Origin: Erysipelotrichaceae bacterium
GTDB lineage: Bacteria; Bacillota_I; Bacilli_A; Erysipelotrichales; Erysipelotrichaceae
NCBI GenBank assembly: GCA_021442745.1
Contig: JABUSI010000382.1
Span: 1 to 33,830 of the forward strand
Length of the DNA stretch: 33,830 nt
Direction: 5' to 3'
Both the position numbers and the translations under genes were made by a program. Each line of letters starts with the position of its first letter. The first letter of the stretch is position 1. The notes under the pieces were generated by a model. The model ran no database searches. It saw nothing but the letters and a program-made list of their open reading frames with translations, and had not been told where the DNA came from. Below, piece by piece: positions 1 through 7,915 of this stretch.

Positions 1-1
1 T

Positions 2-337
2 CATCTGGAGCAGGTGATTGCCTTGTCGTCGCATACGGATGAGGATTATCTGAAAACGTGTATTCAGGAAGGAATGCTCGGTGCTTTTATGGATGGTAAA
101 CTGGTGGGAATCATCGGAACACATAAAGAACGGGCAATGGGATTACTGGAAGTGTTGCCGGAATATCACAGTCATCACATCGGTTATTATCTGGAAGCTG
201 CCATGATCAATGCCTGTTTGTTACAGGACAGAGTGCCGTTTGCGCGCATCAGTATTGACAATACGGCATCGTTGCAGATGCAGGAAAGGTTAGGAATGGT
301 AATCAATGAACACATCGTACAGGTATTGCTGCCATAA
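2..337 (+). CDS. GNAT-family N-acetyltransferase, C-terminal fragment (5' end outside window)
   Basis: The frame is open to the window edge. VLPEYHSHHIGYYLEAAMI fits the GNAT acetyl-CoA motif A pattern (V-x-P-E-Y-x-x-x-G-I-G-x-x-L). Confidence 0.55.
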   Translation, partial: HLEQVIALSSHTDEDYLKTCIQEGMLGAFMDGKLVGIIGTHKERAMGLLEVLPEYHSHHIGYYLEAAMINACLLQDRVPFARISIDNTASLQMQERLGMVINEHIVQVLLP

Positions 338-1094
338 TACGGATGCTCACGTTCATTTTGAGCATCAGCCGTATACCAGGGAAACTCTGGAAAAAATGGT
401 GAAAACGGCGATGGACCACGGTATTACCGAATTGCGGGTGCTGGACCATACGCATAAGTTTCTGGATTTTGATCCGTTATACGAACCGACCAAAACCGAT
501 CCGGTTACGTACAAATGGTACAGGAACCATAAGCAGATTCCGTTGAAAGTTTACGAAGATTTTATTGCCGAAATGAAGAAAGAAAACTGGCCGATTACGG
601 TAAAGTTCGGCCTGGAGGTCTGTTATTTTCCGCAGACGGAGGATTGGTTACGGGATTTTCTTTCCGGTCATTCCTTTGACTTTCTGATCGGTTCGATTCA
701 TTTTGTGGACGGTTACGCAATCGATCTGACCAGGGATATTTACTTTTACCATAACGTGAATACGGTGTACAAGAGATATTACGCCATTATGGAACTGTGT
801 ATTACATCCGGACTGTTTGACCATCTGGGACATCCGGACAGCATTAAAGTGTTTGAAACGTATCCGGACTATAATCTGGAAAAAGAATACATCAGAATTG
901 CCGAAGCATTGCAGAAAGCCGGTATGACGACCGAAAACAATACCGGATTAAAACGGTATCATTATCCGTATCTGGGAATTCATCCGTATTTCGGGGAAAT
1001 TCTGAAACAGCATCATGTACCGGTACTCATGAGTTCCGATGCACACGTTGCGGATGATGTCGGATTCGGGTACGAACTGGCGAAGTTTCAATAA
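306..1094 (+). CDS. PHP-domain phosphoesterase, histidinol-phosphatase (HisJ) family
   Basis: 262-aa ORF with an N-terminal DAHVHF metal motif plus GSIHF, LGHPD and SSDAH motifs typical of PHP/HisJ phosphatases. It overlaps the upstream ORF by 32 nt and a terminator follows. Confidence 0.7.
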   Translation: MNTSYRYCCHNTDAHVHFEHQPYTRETLEKMVKTAMDHGITELRVLDHTHKFLDFDPLYEPTKTDPVTYKWYRNHKQIPLKVYEDFIAEMKKENWPITVKFGLEVCYFPQTEDWLRDFLSGHSFDFLIGSIHFVDGYAIDLTRDIYFYHNVNTVYKRYYAIMELCITSGLFDHLGHPDSIKVFETYPDYNLEKEYIRIAEALQKAGMTTENNTGLKRYHYPYLGIHPYFGEILKQHHVPVLMSSDAHVADDVGFGYELAKFQ

Positions 1095-1116
1095 GAGCCG
1101 ATTGGCTCTTTTTTTC
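1094..1116 (+). terminator. Intrinsic terminator after the PHP gene
   Basis: AGAGCC-gatt-GGCTCT hairpin followed by a T7 tract. Confidence 0.75.
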
Positions 1117-1285
1117 GGATTTTTTTGTTTTTCTTATCAAATTATAGGTTTGTGACTAGTAAATAAGTAAAAAATATGAAAAAAAGCACAAATTCCTTTG
1201 ATTTCGCTATAGGGAAAAAAGGTAATTTGTGATATTCTTAATTTAAGTAAAGTTTATATTTCGAATGTATGATGGAGGGTTGATT

Positions 1286-2122
1286 ATGGAATGGGGTTTA
1301 GTACTGGATAGCAGCGGAGATATTCTGGAAAGTGAACTGAAGGAAGACTGGCTGGATGTTACGGTGATTTCTTTGGTGCTGACGGCTGACGGAACAGATT
1401 ATATCGATGATGAGAATCTGGATTGCCGGCAGTTTTCAAAAATGCTGCTGGAGTCCAAAACCAGTTCCACAGCTTGTCCGAGTCCTGCGGTTTTTGCGCA
1501 AGAGTACAAAAAAAGTAAAAACGTCATCTGTATTACGGTAACGGGTGGCTTGTCCGGTACGTATAACAGTGCAGTGCTGGGCGCACAGATGGCTAAAGAA
1601 GACTGTCCGGATCTGAACGTATACGTTATCAACTCCAGAGGAACCGGCGGCAGTATCGCCTTGATTGCGTTGTATGCCAAGGAACTGATGCGCAAAGGAT
1701 TGTCTTTTGAAGAAGTCTGCAAACAGGCACAGGAATATTCCGATGGAAATCATCTGGTGTTTACCTTGGGTGATTACGGTGCGTTGATTCAGACGGGACG
1801 GATGAAACCGCTTGTCGGCACGGTTATCAGTGCCTTGAATATCCGCGTGTTTGCGACGAATTCTCCGGAAGGAACCATTATTGTCCGGGACAAAGCCAGA
1901 GGGGTTACGAAGATTTACCGTGCAATGGTGGAATTCATGCTGAAGGAAAAGAACCTGGACGGCAAGCCGGTATATATTTCCCATGTCAACAATCCGGAAG
2001 GAGCCGATACCATCGTCAGGATGCTGAAAGAAAAATGTTCCTGTCTGGAACCGATGGTTCACGAATGCCGCGGATTGTGTACCTATTACGCCAGAGAAGG
2101 CGGTATTATCATCGCATATTAA
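1286..2122 (+). CDS. DegV-family fatty-acid-binding protein
   Basis: GGAGGG sits 7 nt before the ATG at 1286; the track ORF begins at an upstream in-frame ATG (1265) with no RBS. The LVLDSSGD start, TACPSP and LSGTYNSA motifs and ~280 aa length are typical of DegV. Confidence 0.8.
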   Translation: MEWGLVLDSSGDILESELKEDWLDVTVISLVLTADGTDYIDDENLDCRQFSKMLLESKTSSTACPSPAVFAQEYKKSKNVICITVTGGLSGTYNSAVLGAQMAKEDCPDLNVYVINSRGTGGSIALIALYAKELMRKGLSFEEVCKQAQEYSDGNHLVFTLGDYGALIQTGRMKPLVGTVISALNIRVFATNSPEGTIIVRDKARGVTKIYRAMVEFMLKEKNLDGKPVYISHVNNPEGADTIVRMLKEKCSCLEPMVHECRGLCTYYAREGGIIIAY

Positions 2123-2149
2123 AAAGCCACAAATCTTGGCTTTTTTTTA
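2121..2149 (+). terminator. Intrinsic terminator after degV-like gene
   Basis: AAAAAGCCA-N7-TGGCTTTTT hairpin running into a T8 tract. Confidence 0.6.
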
Positions 2150-2155
2150 TGGTTT

Positions 2156-2164
2156 TGGTATGAT
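2156..2164 (+). promoter_or_regulatory. Extended -10 promoter (TGgTATGAT) for the NusG-II operon
   Basis: TG-N-TATGAT lies about 20 nt upstream of the AAGGAGGG RBS. Confidence 0.45.
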
Positions 2165-2184
2165 AGCACAAAGGAGGGATTCGC

Positions 2185-2559
2185 ATGAACCGTTACGACT
2201 GGCTGGTTACGGCAGTGATTGTGTGTATGAGCGTATGCGTATGGGCAGCAAGTGTTTTTCTGCGTGTCTCGGAACAGTCATTGGAAAAAGTAGCGGTTGT
2301 CGTATACAAGGATGAAGAAGTTCTGCGGATTGATCTTACCAAAGACCATACCTACACACTTTCCGCTACGATGGGAGAAGTAACCATTGAAGTGAGAGAC
2401 GGTGCCATCCGGGTGGAAAAAGAAACGAGTTATTACCATTACTGTTCCCTGCAGGGGTGGGTAAAGGACAGTTATGTACCGATTGTATGCCTGCCAAACG
2501 AATTGTTTATTACGATCCAGGGTGTGGAAGCTTCAGAGGAGGATTTGCATATCCAATGA
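2185..2559 (+). CDS. NusG domain II-containing membrane-anchored protein
   Basis: Strong RBS AAGGAGGG. An N-terminal TM helix is followed by a beta-rich domain ending in the VPIVCLPN motif typical of the NusG_II family. Confidence 0.7.
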   Translation: MNRYDWLVTAVIVCMSVCVWAASVFLRVSEQSLEKVAVVVYKDEEVLRIDLTKDHTYTLSATMGEVTIEVRDGAIRVEKETSYYHYCSLQGWVKDSYVPIVCLPNELFITIQGVEASEEDLHIQ

Positions 2560-3065
2560 ACACGAAATCAACCGGACGTATGGTTACGTTAAGTCTTCTT
2601 TTGGCAGGAAGCATTCTTCTTCAGATGCTGGAACCGGCGGTACCGGTAGGGGTACCCGGAGTGAAATGGGGTCTGGCAAATATCATGGGATTGATGGTAT
2701 TGTACCTTTACGGCCCGAACGATATGATTCTTGTGAATATCCTGCGGGTCATTTTATGCGGTATCTTGAAAGGAACGTTGTTCGCAACGGCGTTCTGGTT
2801 AAGTTTAAGCGGTGTTCTTCTGAGTACTTTCGGGGTCATTCTCTTGCATAAACGGCAGAAAAACACTATAGTAGGTATATCCATTGCCGGCAGTGCCCTG
2901 CATCTTTTCGGACAGATTCTGGCAATTATGGTTATATACAGATCGGTTTACGTTATGGTATGGTTGCCGGTGATGTGGATCTGCGGTATCGGTACCGGTA
3001 TGTTAACCGGTTTTCTGACAAAAGACGTATTGAAGCGTATTCAGACAGGAGGAAAAGCAATATGA
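2556..3065 (+). CDS. Gx transporter family protein (heptaprenyl diphosphate synthase component I-like polytopic membrane protein)
   Basis: The ATG at 2556 overlaps the upstream stop (ATGA). The 169-aa protein has about 5 hydrophobic helices, and this family is usually found beside NusG_II genes. Confidence 0.65.
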   Translation: MNTKSTGRMVTLSLLLAGSILLQMLEPAVPVGVPGVKWGLANIMGLMVLYLYGPNDMILVNILRVILCGILKGTLFATAFWLSLSGVLLSTFGVILLHKRQKNTIVGISIAGSALHLFGQILAIMVIYRSVYVMVWLPVMWICGIGTGMLTGFLTKDVLKRIQTGGKAI

Positions 3066-3313
3066 AGTTTACGTATTTGCCGAAAGGGGTATGTTCCCAG
3101 GTATTTGAATTTGAAATCGAAGGAACAACCATTCAGAGTGTGAAGATTACCGGTGGTTGTCCGGGGAATCTTCTGGGAATTTCTCATTTGATTGAAGGAA
3201 AGGAAATTGACGAAGTGATTGAACGTCTGCAGGGAGTTCCTTGCGGAAGAAAACCGACGTCCTGTCCGGATCAGATTTCCAAGGCATTGGTACAATACAA
3301 AGCATCGTTATAA
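3062..3313 (+). CDS. TSCPD-domain small protein (TIGR03905-like 4-Cys protein)
   Basis: The ATG at 3062 overlaps the upstream stop (ATGA). The 83-aa protein carries GGCPGN, CGRKPTSCPDQ and a conserved N-terminal Cys. Confidence 0.7.
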   Translation: MKFTYLPKGVCSQVFEFEIEGTTIQSVKITGGCPGNLLGISHLIEGKEIDEVIERLQGVPCGRKPTSCPDQISKALVQYKASL

Positions 3314-3346
3314 AAAAACGGAGGACGTCTAGTCCTCCTTTATTTT
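3312..3346. terminator. Bidirectional intrinsic terminator between convergent genes
   Basis: A7-GGAGGAC-gtcta-GTCCTCC-TTTATTTT. The stop codon of the minus-strand gene lies in the loop. Confidence 0.7.
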
Positions 3347-3853
3347 ACGCAACCCTTCGTTCAGTCCGTATTCTTTGACCCAGGTTAAATAGGTTGTCAG
3401 AAGTTCTTTTGTGGCCGGATGGGTAATCGGATAATCAAATCCGAGCTGATAATATTCCAGTGCGCTGGCATCGGTGTATTTGTCTTTCTGATAGACCATA
3501 CAGGCGGCAATCCGGTCGCATACCATTTCCTTGACGATGTTCTTCGGTATTTCCGTATAGAAGTAACCGTCGCGGTTCCGGTCAATCCAGTATTCCAGAT
3601 GATGCCTGTTGTGACCTTTGTGGTGTAACCATCCCAAAGAATACCCGATGACTTCCTTTTCCCTGGCAATCGGGGAACGGTCTCCCTGGAAATATTTCAC
3701 TCCCGCAAAAAATTCCACGGGACTGTATTTGGATAAATCATGCAGTAGTCCTTGTCTGATGAGCCCGACTTTGAAACAGAACTTCGTGACCAGAAGTTTA
3801 TGGGTGGTGATGGTTGAAAGATGACCGATGAAACGTTTGTGCCACGGTAACAT
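3329..3853 (-). CDS. DUF5662-family protein (His-rich, HD-like; often mis-annotated as catalase)
   Basis: Contains HDLSKY and GWLHHKGHNRHHLEYW motifs. The AAGGA RBS favours the third-codon ATG at 3853 over 3859. Confidence 0.6.
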   Translation of the reverse strand: MLPWHKRFIGHLSTITTHKLLVTKFCFKVGLIRQGLLHDLSKYSPVEFFAGVKYFQGDRSPIAREKEVIGYSLGWLHHKGHNRHHLEYWIDRNRDGYFYTEIPKNIVKEMVCDRIAACMVYQKDKYTDASALEYYQLGFDYPITHPATKELLTTYLTWVKEYGLNEGLRKIKED

Positions 3854-3913
3854 ATTCATTCCTTCTTTCTACATACCATACTGTATGCCTTTTGGGGCGG
3901 ACAAGTCAAATAC

Positions 3914-3942
3914 TTGTTGATACGGAAGGGTTATTGTATAAT
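3914..3942 (+). promoter_or_regulatory. Sigma-A type promoter for the lspA operon
   Basis: -35 TTGTTG (3914-3919), 17-nt spacer, -10 TATAAT (3937-3942). Confidence 0.5.
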
Positions 3943-3966
3943 ACGGAAGTATAGGTTGGAGAGTTT

Positions 3967-4431
3967 ATGAAAAAAAGTGAAATAGCGTTATTATTCGGTC
4001 TCTTTGCGTTGGATCGTCTCAGCAAAAGCATCATCGATTCCGCAATGAAACTGTATGAAAGCAAAGAAATCATCAAGGATTTCTTCTATATTACCTATTG
4101 CCGGAATACCGGTGCAGCCTGGAGTATCCTGGAAGGAAAGATGTGGTTTTTCTATATCATTACCATAGTGGCACTGGGGGTTATGGGGTATTTTCTGATT
4201 CAGGCAGATAAAAAGGAAGTTTTGCAGAGACTGTCATTTGTGTGCATGATTGCCGGTACGCTGGGGAACTTCTTTGACCGTCTGACAATGCAGTATGTGA
4301 TTGATTTTCTGGATTTTTATATTTTCGGGTATAATTATCCGGTATTTAACGTAGCGGATATCTGTTTGTGTGTCGGAGTCGGATTACTGGCATTGGATGT
4401 TATTTTGCATCCGGGAGAAAAGAACGTATGA
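3967..4431 (+). CDS. lspA: Lipoprotein signal peptidase II
   Basis: 154-aa protein with 4 TM helices. NTGAAWS and FNVADICL motifs are characteristic of LspA. Confidence 0.9.
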   Translation: MKKSEIALLFGLFALDRLSKSIIDSAMKLYESKEIIKDFFYITYCRNTGAAWSILEGKMWFFYIITIVALGVMGYFLIQADKKEVLQRLSFVCMIAGTLGNFFDRLTMQYVIDFLDFYIFGYNYPVFNVADICLCVGVGLLALDVILHPGEKNV

Positions 4432-5339
4432 CGGAATGGAAAATTGAAACGGAAACCGGAACCCGTCTGGATAAGTTTGTGCAGGATAAGACGGAGGGGT
4501 ATTCCCGTACCCGGATTCAGCAGTTGATTGAAGAAGGGAATATTCTGGTAAACAACGAAGTGTCCAAGAGTAACTACAAGGTTCGTTTGGGGGATGAAAT
4601 AACGTTTGAACAACCGGAAGATGTTGAATACGAAATCGTGCCGGTGGATATGCATCTGGACATCGTATATGAAGACAGTGACGTGATTGTCATCAACAAG
4701 CCGAAAGGGGTTGTGGTGCATCCGTCATCTACGACCAAGGAAGCAACACTGGTGCATGGTCTGATGTATCATTGTAAGGATCTGAGCGGAATCAACGGCG
4801 TATTGCGTCCGGGAATCGTTCATCGGATTGACAAGGATACGACGGGGTTACTGGTTGCTGCCAAGAATGATACCGCCCATCAGTTTTTATCCGAACAGCT
4901 TGTGGATAAGACTATGTCGCGGAAGTATCTGGCACTGGTGCACGGGGTACTGGAGCATGACCACGGAACGATTGAGGCACCGATCGGGCGTGATGAAAAA
5001 GACCGTCAGAAGATGACGGTCACCGATAAGAATTCCAAGAGTGCGGTTACGGAATTTTACGTCCGGAAACGGTTCAAGGAGTTTACGCTGGTGGAATGTC
5101 ATCTGAAGACCGGAAGAACGCACCAGATTCGTGTACATATGCAGTATATCGGCCATCCGGTTGTCGGGGATGCGAAATATTCGTTCCGTAAGCCGTTAAC
5201 GGATAACGGACAGCTGTTGCATGCGTATGAAATAACGTTTATACATCCGTCAAACAAGCAACGGATTACGCTGGAAGCACCGCTTCCGGAAGAGTTTCAG
5301 GAAATATTACGTACATTAGAAGAAAGAGAGGCTGTTTAA
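4428..5339 (+). CDS. rluD: RluA-family 23S rRNA pseudouridine synthase (RluD-like) with S4 domain
   Basis: The ATG at 4428 overlaps the lspA stop (ATGA). It has the HRIDKDTTGLLV catalytic motif, and the lspA-rluD pairing is conserved in Bacillota. Confidence 0.9.
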   Translation: MTEWKIETETGTRLDKFVQDKTEGYSRTRIQQLIEEGNILVNNEVSKSNYKVRLGDEITFEQPEDVEYEIVPVDMHLDIVYEDSDVIVINKPKGVVVHPSSTTKEATLVHGLMYHCKDLSGINGVLRPGIVHRIDKDTTGLLVAAKNDTAHQFLSEQLVDKTMSRKYLALVHGVLEHDHGTIEAPIGRDEKDRQKMTVTDKNSKSAVTEFYVRKRFKEFTLVECHLKTGRTHQIRVHMQYIGHPVVGDAKYSFRKPLTDNGQLLHAYEITFIHPSNKQRITLEAPLPEEFQEILRTLEEREAV

Positions 5340-6595
5340 TGGCTGATTATATACAGGCAGATGTCTGGATGGCACAGGTCAGGGCGTTTCTTGTAACCCG
5401 TAACGGTTATCAGATGGTTATGGTGAAAGAAGCGAAAGATGAAATCTGGTTACTGAACCCGAACCATCCGGTGTATCCGGTTGTCCGGATTACCAAACGC
5501 TCTGTTGATGAAGATTACTTTCTGAAGGACAGAAACAATCAGATTCACAATGCGGTACTCGGGATATTCAAATTAAACGGGAAGCGGCTGGAATTGCATT
5601 GCGTAAACGAACCGCTGGCATCACAGACCGACCGGAACGATATCGCAAACGTATATCCGCTCTGTAATCTGCCGGATTTTGTGAACAGTTGTTATCCGGG
5701 ACTGGATGGTGTGGTACACAATGAAGAACGAATTGCGGAAGCAATCGTGAAACTGGATAAGGAACTGGAAATATTCCGGATCGAAGAGTACCGGCGGCAG
5801 AGGAAAAAACGTGCCGATATGGCAAAGGAAAACCGGAAGTTTCCTGTTGTCAGTGCGATTGTGATGGGAATCTGCGTAGCGGTATTTATCGTGGAGTGTT
5901 TGCTGAGCAAAAGTCTGGAAATCGACATTCCGACGATTGTGCTTACCGGCGGATACTATAAGGCATTTCTGGTCGGACTGAACGAATGGTGGAGATTTCT
6001 GACGGCCGGATTTGTGCATGGCAGTATTTTCCATCTGATTTCCAACATGATGGCCTTGTTTTATACCGGCCGGATTGTGGAAAAAGTATACGGAAAACTG
6101 GATTTCTTCTACATTCTGATCGGATCTGTTTTAGTCGGCAATCTGTTTGTGTTTGTCGGTGACGGGAATATAGTTGCCTGCGGATTGAGCGGCGGATTGT
6201 ATGGTGTGATGGGGGCAACTTTTGTGCTCTATGCACAAAGCGGACTGTTGCAGCAAAAATCGGTGCGGTCCCAGATCTGGTCGATCGTGTTCATCAATAT
6301 GATGATCAGTATGATGCCGGATGTCAGCTGGCTGGCTCATCTTGGCGGACTGATAGCCGGGGTATTTCTGAGTATGATTCTGTCAAAGGAAGAAAAAATG
6401 AAACCGTGGAGAAAGCATTGCCTGATTGCACTGCTGGCATTGTGTGCCGCTCTCGGTTATCTGATTCCGCAGCGGATGAAACTGGATGAAATCTATGCCG
6501 GAACGGATATGCAGGTACAGAGTCTGGCAAGAAAAGCCGGTATGGGCTGGTATGCCGAACATGTCAATCATATTTACACATATTACGAAAAATAA
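5339..6595 (+). CDS. Rhomboid-family intramembrane serine protease with ~170-aa cytoplasmic N-terminal domain (YqgP/GluP-like architecture)
   Basis: TAATG overlap with rluD. It has GFVHGSIFHLISNM, GLSGGLYG (catalytic Ser) and AHLGGLIAG (catalytic His) motifs. Confidence 0.85.
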   Translation: MADYIQADVWMAQVRAFLVTRNGYQMVMVKEAKDEIWLLNPNHPVYPVVRITKRSVDEDYFLKDRNNQIHNAVLGIFKLNGKRLELHCVNEPLASQTDRNDIANVYPLCNLPDFVNSCYPGLDGVVHNEERIAEAIVKLDKELEIFRIEEYRRQRKKRADMAKENRKFPVVSAIVMGICVAVFIVECLLSKSLEIDIPTIVLTGGYYKAFLVGLNEWWRFLTAGFVHGSIFHLISNMMALFYTGRIVEKVYGKLDFFYILIGSVLVGNLFVFVGDGNIVACGLSGGLYGVMGATFVLYAQSGLLQQKSVRSQIWSIVFINMMISMMPDVSWLAHLGGLIAGVFLSMILSKEEKMKPWRKHCLIALLALCAALGYLIPQRMKLDEIYAGTDMQVQSLARKAGMGWYAEHVNHIYTYYEK

Positions 6596-6610
6596 ACGGG
6601 AGGAAACCAA

Positions 6611-7093
6611 ATGGAAAAACGAGTAATTTCCTGGGATGAATATTTCATGGGACTGGCACACCTGAGTGCGAAACGTTCCAAAGATCCGAGCACCCAGGTC
6701 GGAGCGGTCATCGTAAACGAAGACAAGCGGGTTGTCGGCGTCGGCTATAACGGATTCCCGTACGGTTGTGACGATAAGGAATTTCCGTGGGACCGTGAAG
6801 GGGATGCGTTGCATACCAAGTATGCGTTTGTGGTACATGCGGAACTGAATGCGATTCTGAACAGTACCCAGAGTTTAAAAGGATGTACCTTATACGTATC
6901 TTTGTTCCCATGTAACGAATGTGCGAAAGCAATCATTCAGAGCGGCATCAAACATATCGTGTATGAATGTGACAAATATGCCGCTACGGATGGGGTAAAA
7001 GCGAGCAAAAAGATGCTGCAGTCTGCCGGTATCAGCCTGAGACAACTGCCGTATTCCGTAAACATCAGTGTAGAAACGAAGGAAAACGAATAG
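6611..7093 (+). CDS. comEB: Deoxycytidylate (dCMP) deaminase
   Basis: RBS GGGAGG. HAELNA and PCNECAK zinc-binding motifs in a 160-aa protein. Confidence 0.9.
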   Translation: MEKRVISWDEYFMGLAHLSAKRSKDPSTQVGAVIVNEDKRVVGVGYNGFPYGCDDKEFPWDREGDALHTKYAFVVHAELNAILNSTQSLKGCTLYVSLFPCNECAKAIIQSGIKHIVYECDKYAATDGVKASKKMLQSAGISLRQLPYSVNISVETKENE

Positions 7094-7094
7094 T

Positions 7095-7589
7095 ATGAAG
7101 GACTTATTGAAGAAACTGCTGCTTTTGTTAGTGGTATGTGCTCTGTCAGGTGCATTATGGTTTTTAAGAAGCGGATCCGATCCGGTTGATCCGGTTGATC
7201 CGGTTGATCCGAATCCCGGTACGGAACAGCTGACGGTACTGGAAGATGAATGGTACAGTACCAAAGAGGAAGTATCTCTGTATCTGCAGACGTATAATCA
7301 TCTGCCGGATAATTATCTGACGAAAGATGAGGCGGAAGAACTCGGATGGGTTGCTTCCAAGGGAAATCTGTGGGAAGTTGCCGAGGGTATGTCCATCGGC
7401 GGTGACGTGTATGGAAACCGGGAAGGACTGTTACCGAAGAAAAAGGGCAGAAAATACTACGAATGTGACATTGATTACGAGGGCGGACAGCGCAATGCCA
7501 AACGGATTGTGTTTTCTTCCGACGGATTGATTTTCTATACCGACGATCACTATGCTTCGTTTGAGACGCTGGTAGGAGAAGATGAATGA
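7095..7589 (+). CDS. Barnase-family secreted/anchored guanyl-preferring ribonuclease
   Basis: It aligns by eye to B. amyloliquefaciens barnase (YLQTY-x-LPDNY-TK-EA-x-LGWVASKGNL, SIGGD, NREG-LP). Counterparts of the catalytic residues E73 (YYECDI), R83/R87 (RNAKRIV) and H102 (DDHYASF) are present. There is an N-terminal hydrophobic signal/anchor. Confidence 0.9.
   Translation: MKDLLKKLLLLLVVCALSGALWFLRSGSDPVDPVDPVDPNPGTEQLTVLEDEWYSTKEEVSLYLQTYNHLPDNYLTKDEAEELGWVASKGNLWEVAEGMSIGGDVYGNREGLLPKKKGRKYYECDIDYEGGQRNAKRIVFSSDGLIFYTDDHYASFETLVGEDE
7174..7211 (+). repeat. In-frame 9-bp tandem repeat (GATCCGGTT x3 plus partial copies) encoding a (DPV)n linker
   Basis: Three perfect copies at 7179-7205 are flanked by partial units. 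The translation is GSDPVDPVDPVDPNP. Confidence 0.95.
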
Positions 7590-7870
7590 AAGTAGTCATT
7601 GACGGATTGTATATTACCGGGAAGGAAAAACTGCATGAGTATCTGCAGGAAATTCTGGAATTTCCGGAATATTACGGAAAGAATCTGGATGCGTTGTACG
7701 ATTTACTGAGTACCGATGACAGAGAACTGGAGTTTGTTATCCGGCATGAAGAAGACCTGATGGTGCATCTCGGTGAGTATTGCGTATGGTTTGAAGATAC
7801 GTTATATGATGTTTCGGAAGAAAGAGAAAACGTATCGGTGGAATTCGAAATCGAAGACGAGGAAGAGTAA
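7586..7870 (+). CDS. Barstar-family ribonuclease inhibitor (immunity protein)
   Basis: The ATG overlaps the barnase stop (ATGA). PEYYGKNLDALYDLL matches the barstar PEYYGENLDALWDCL helix carrying the inhibitory Asp residues. The tail is acidic. Confidence 0.9.
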   Translation: MKVVIDGLYITGKEKLHEYLQEILEFPEYYGKNLDALYDLLSTDDRELEFVIRHEEDLMVHLGEYCVWFEDTLYDVSEERENVSVEFEIEDEEE

Positions 7871-7882
7871 TCTTCCTTTTTT
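7861..7882 (+). terminator. Intrinsic terminator after barstar
   Basis: GGAAGA-gtaa-TCTTCC followed by T6; it overlaps the stop codon. Confidence 0.6.
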
Positions 7883-7885
7883 CAT

Positions 7886-7909
7886 GAAAAAAGGGAAGCT
7901 GTGCTTCCC
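7886..7909 (-). terminator. Intrinsic terminator after trpS (minus strand)
   Basis: On the minus strand, GGGAAGC-aca-GCTTCCC is followed by T6. Confidence 0.7.
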
Positions 7910-7915
7910 TGACGG

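Noticed and set aside
1176-1232. 18-codon mini-ORF (MKKSTNSFDFAIGKKGNL) in the AT-rich spacer before degV
   Set aside because: It has no Shine-Dalgarno sequence and lies in a low-complexity A-rich context. It is most likely a chance ORF in a promoter region.
1436-2062. 208-aa minus-strand ORF inside the degV-like gene (similar cases: 6937-7599, 9934-10566, 10813-11382, 12096-12584, 15725-16249, 20221-20727, 21229-21693)
   Set aside because: All are antisense shadows of well-supported plus-strand genes. None has an SD sequence or a domain-like sequence.
2474-2851. 125-aa alternative-frame ORF overlapping the Gx-transporter gene
   Set aside because: It is same-strand but out of frame with a convincing membrane protein. 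The product is Arg/Ser-rich with no hydrophobic pattern and no RBS.
3920-3949. 9-nt direct repeat ATACGGAAG flanking the lspA -10 box with 21-bp spacing
   Set aside because: A back-of-envelope estimate gives roughly four such 9-mer repeats within 30 nt expected by chance in a 34-kb window. It is not significant on its own.
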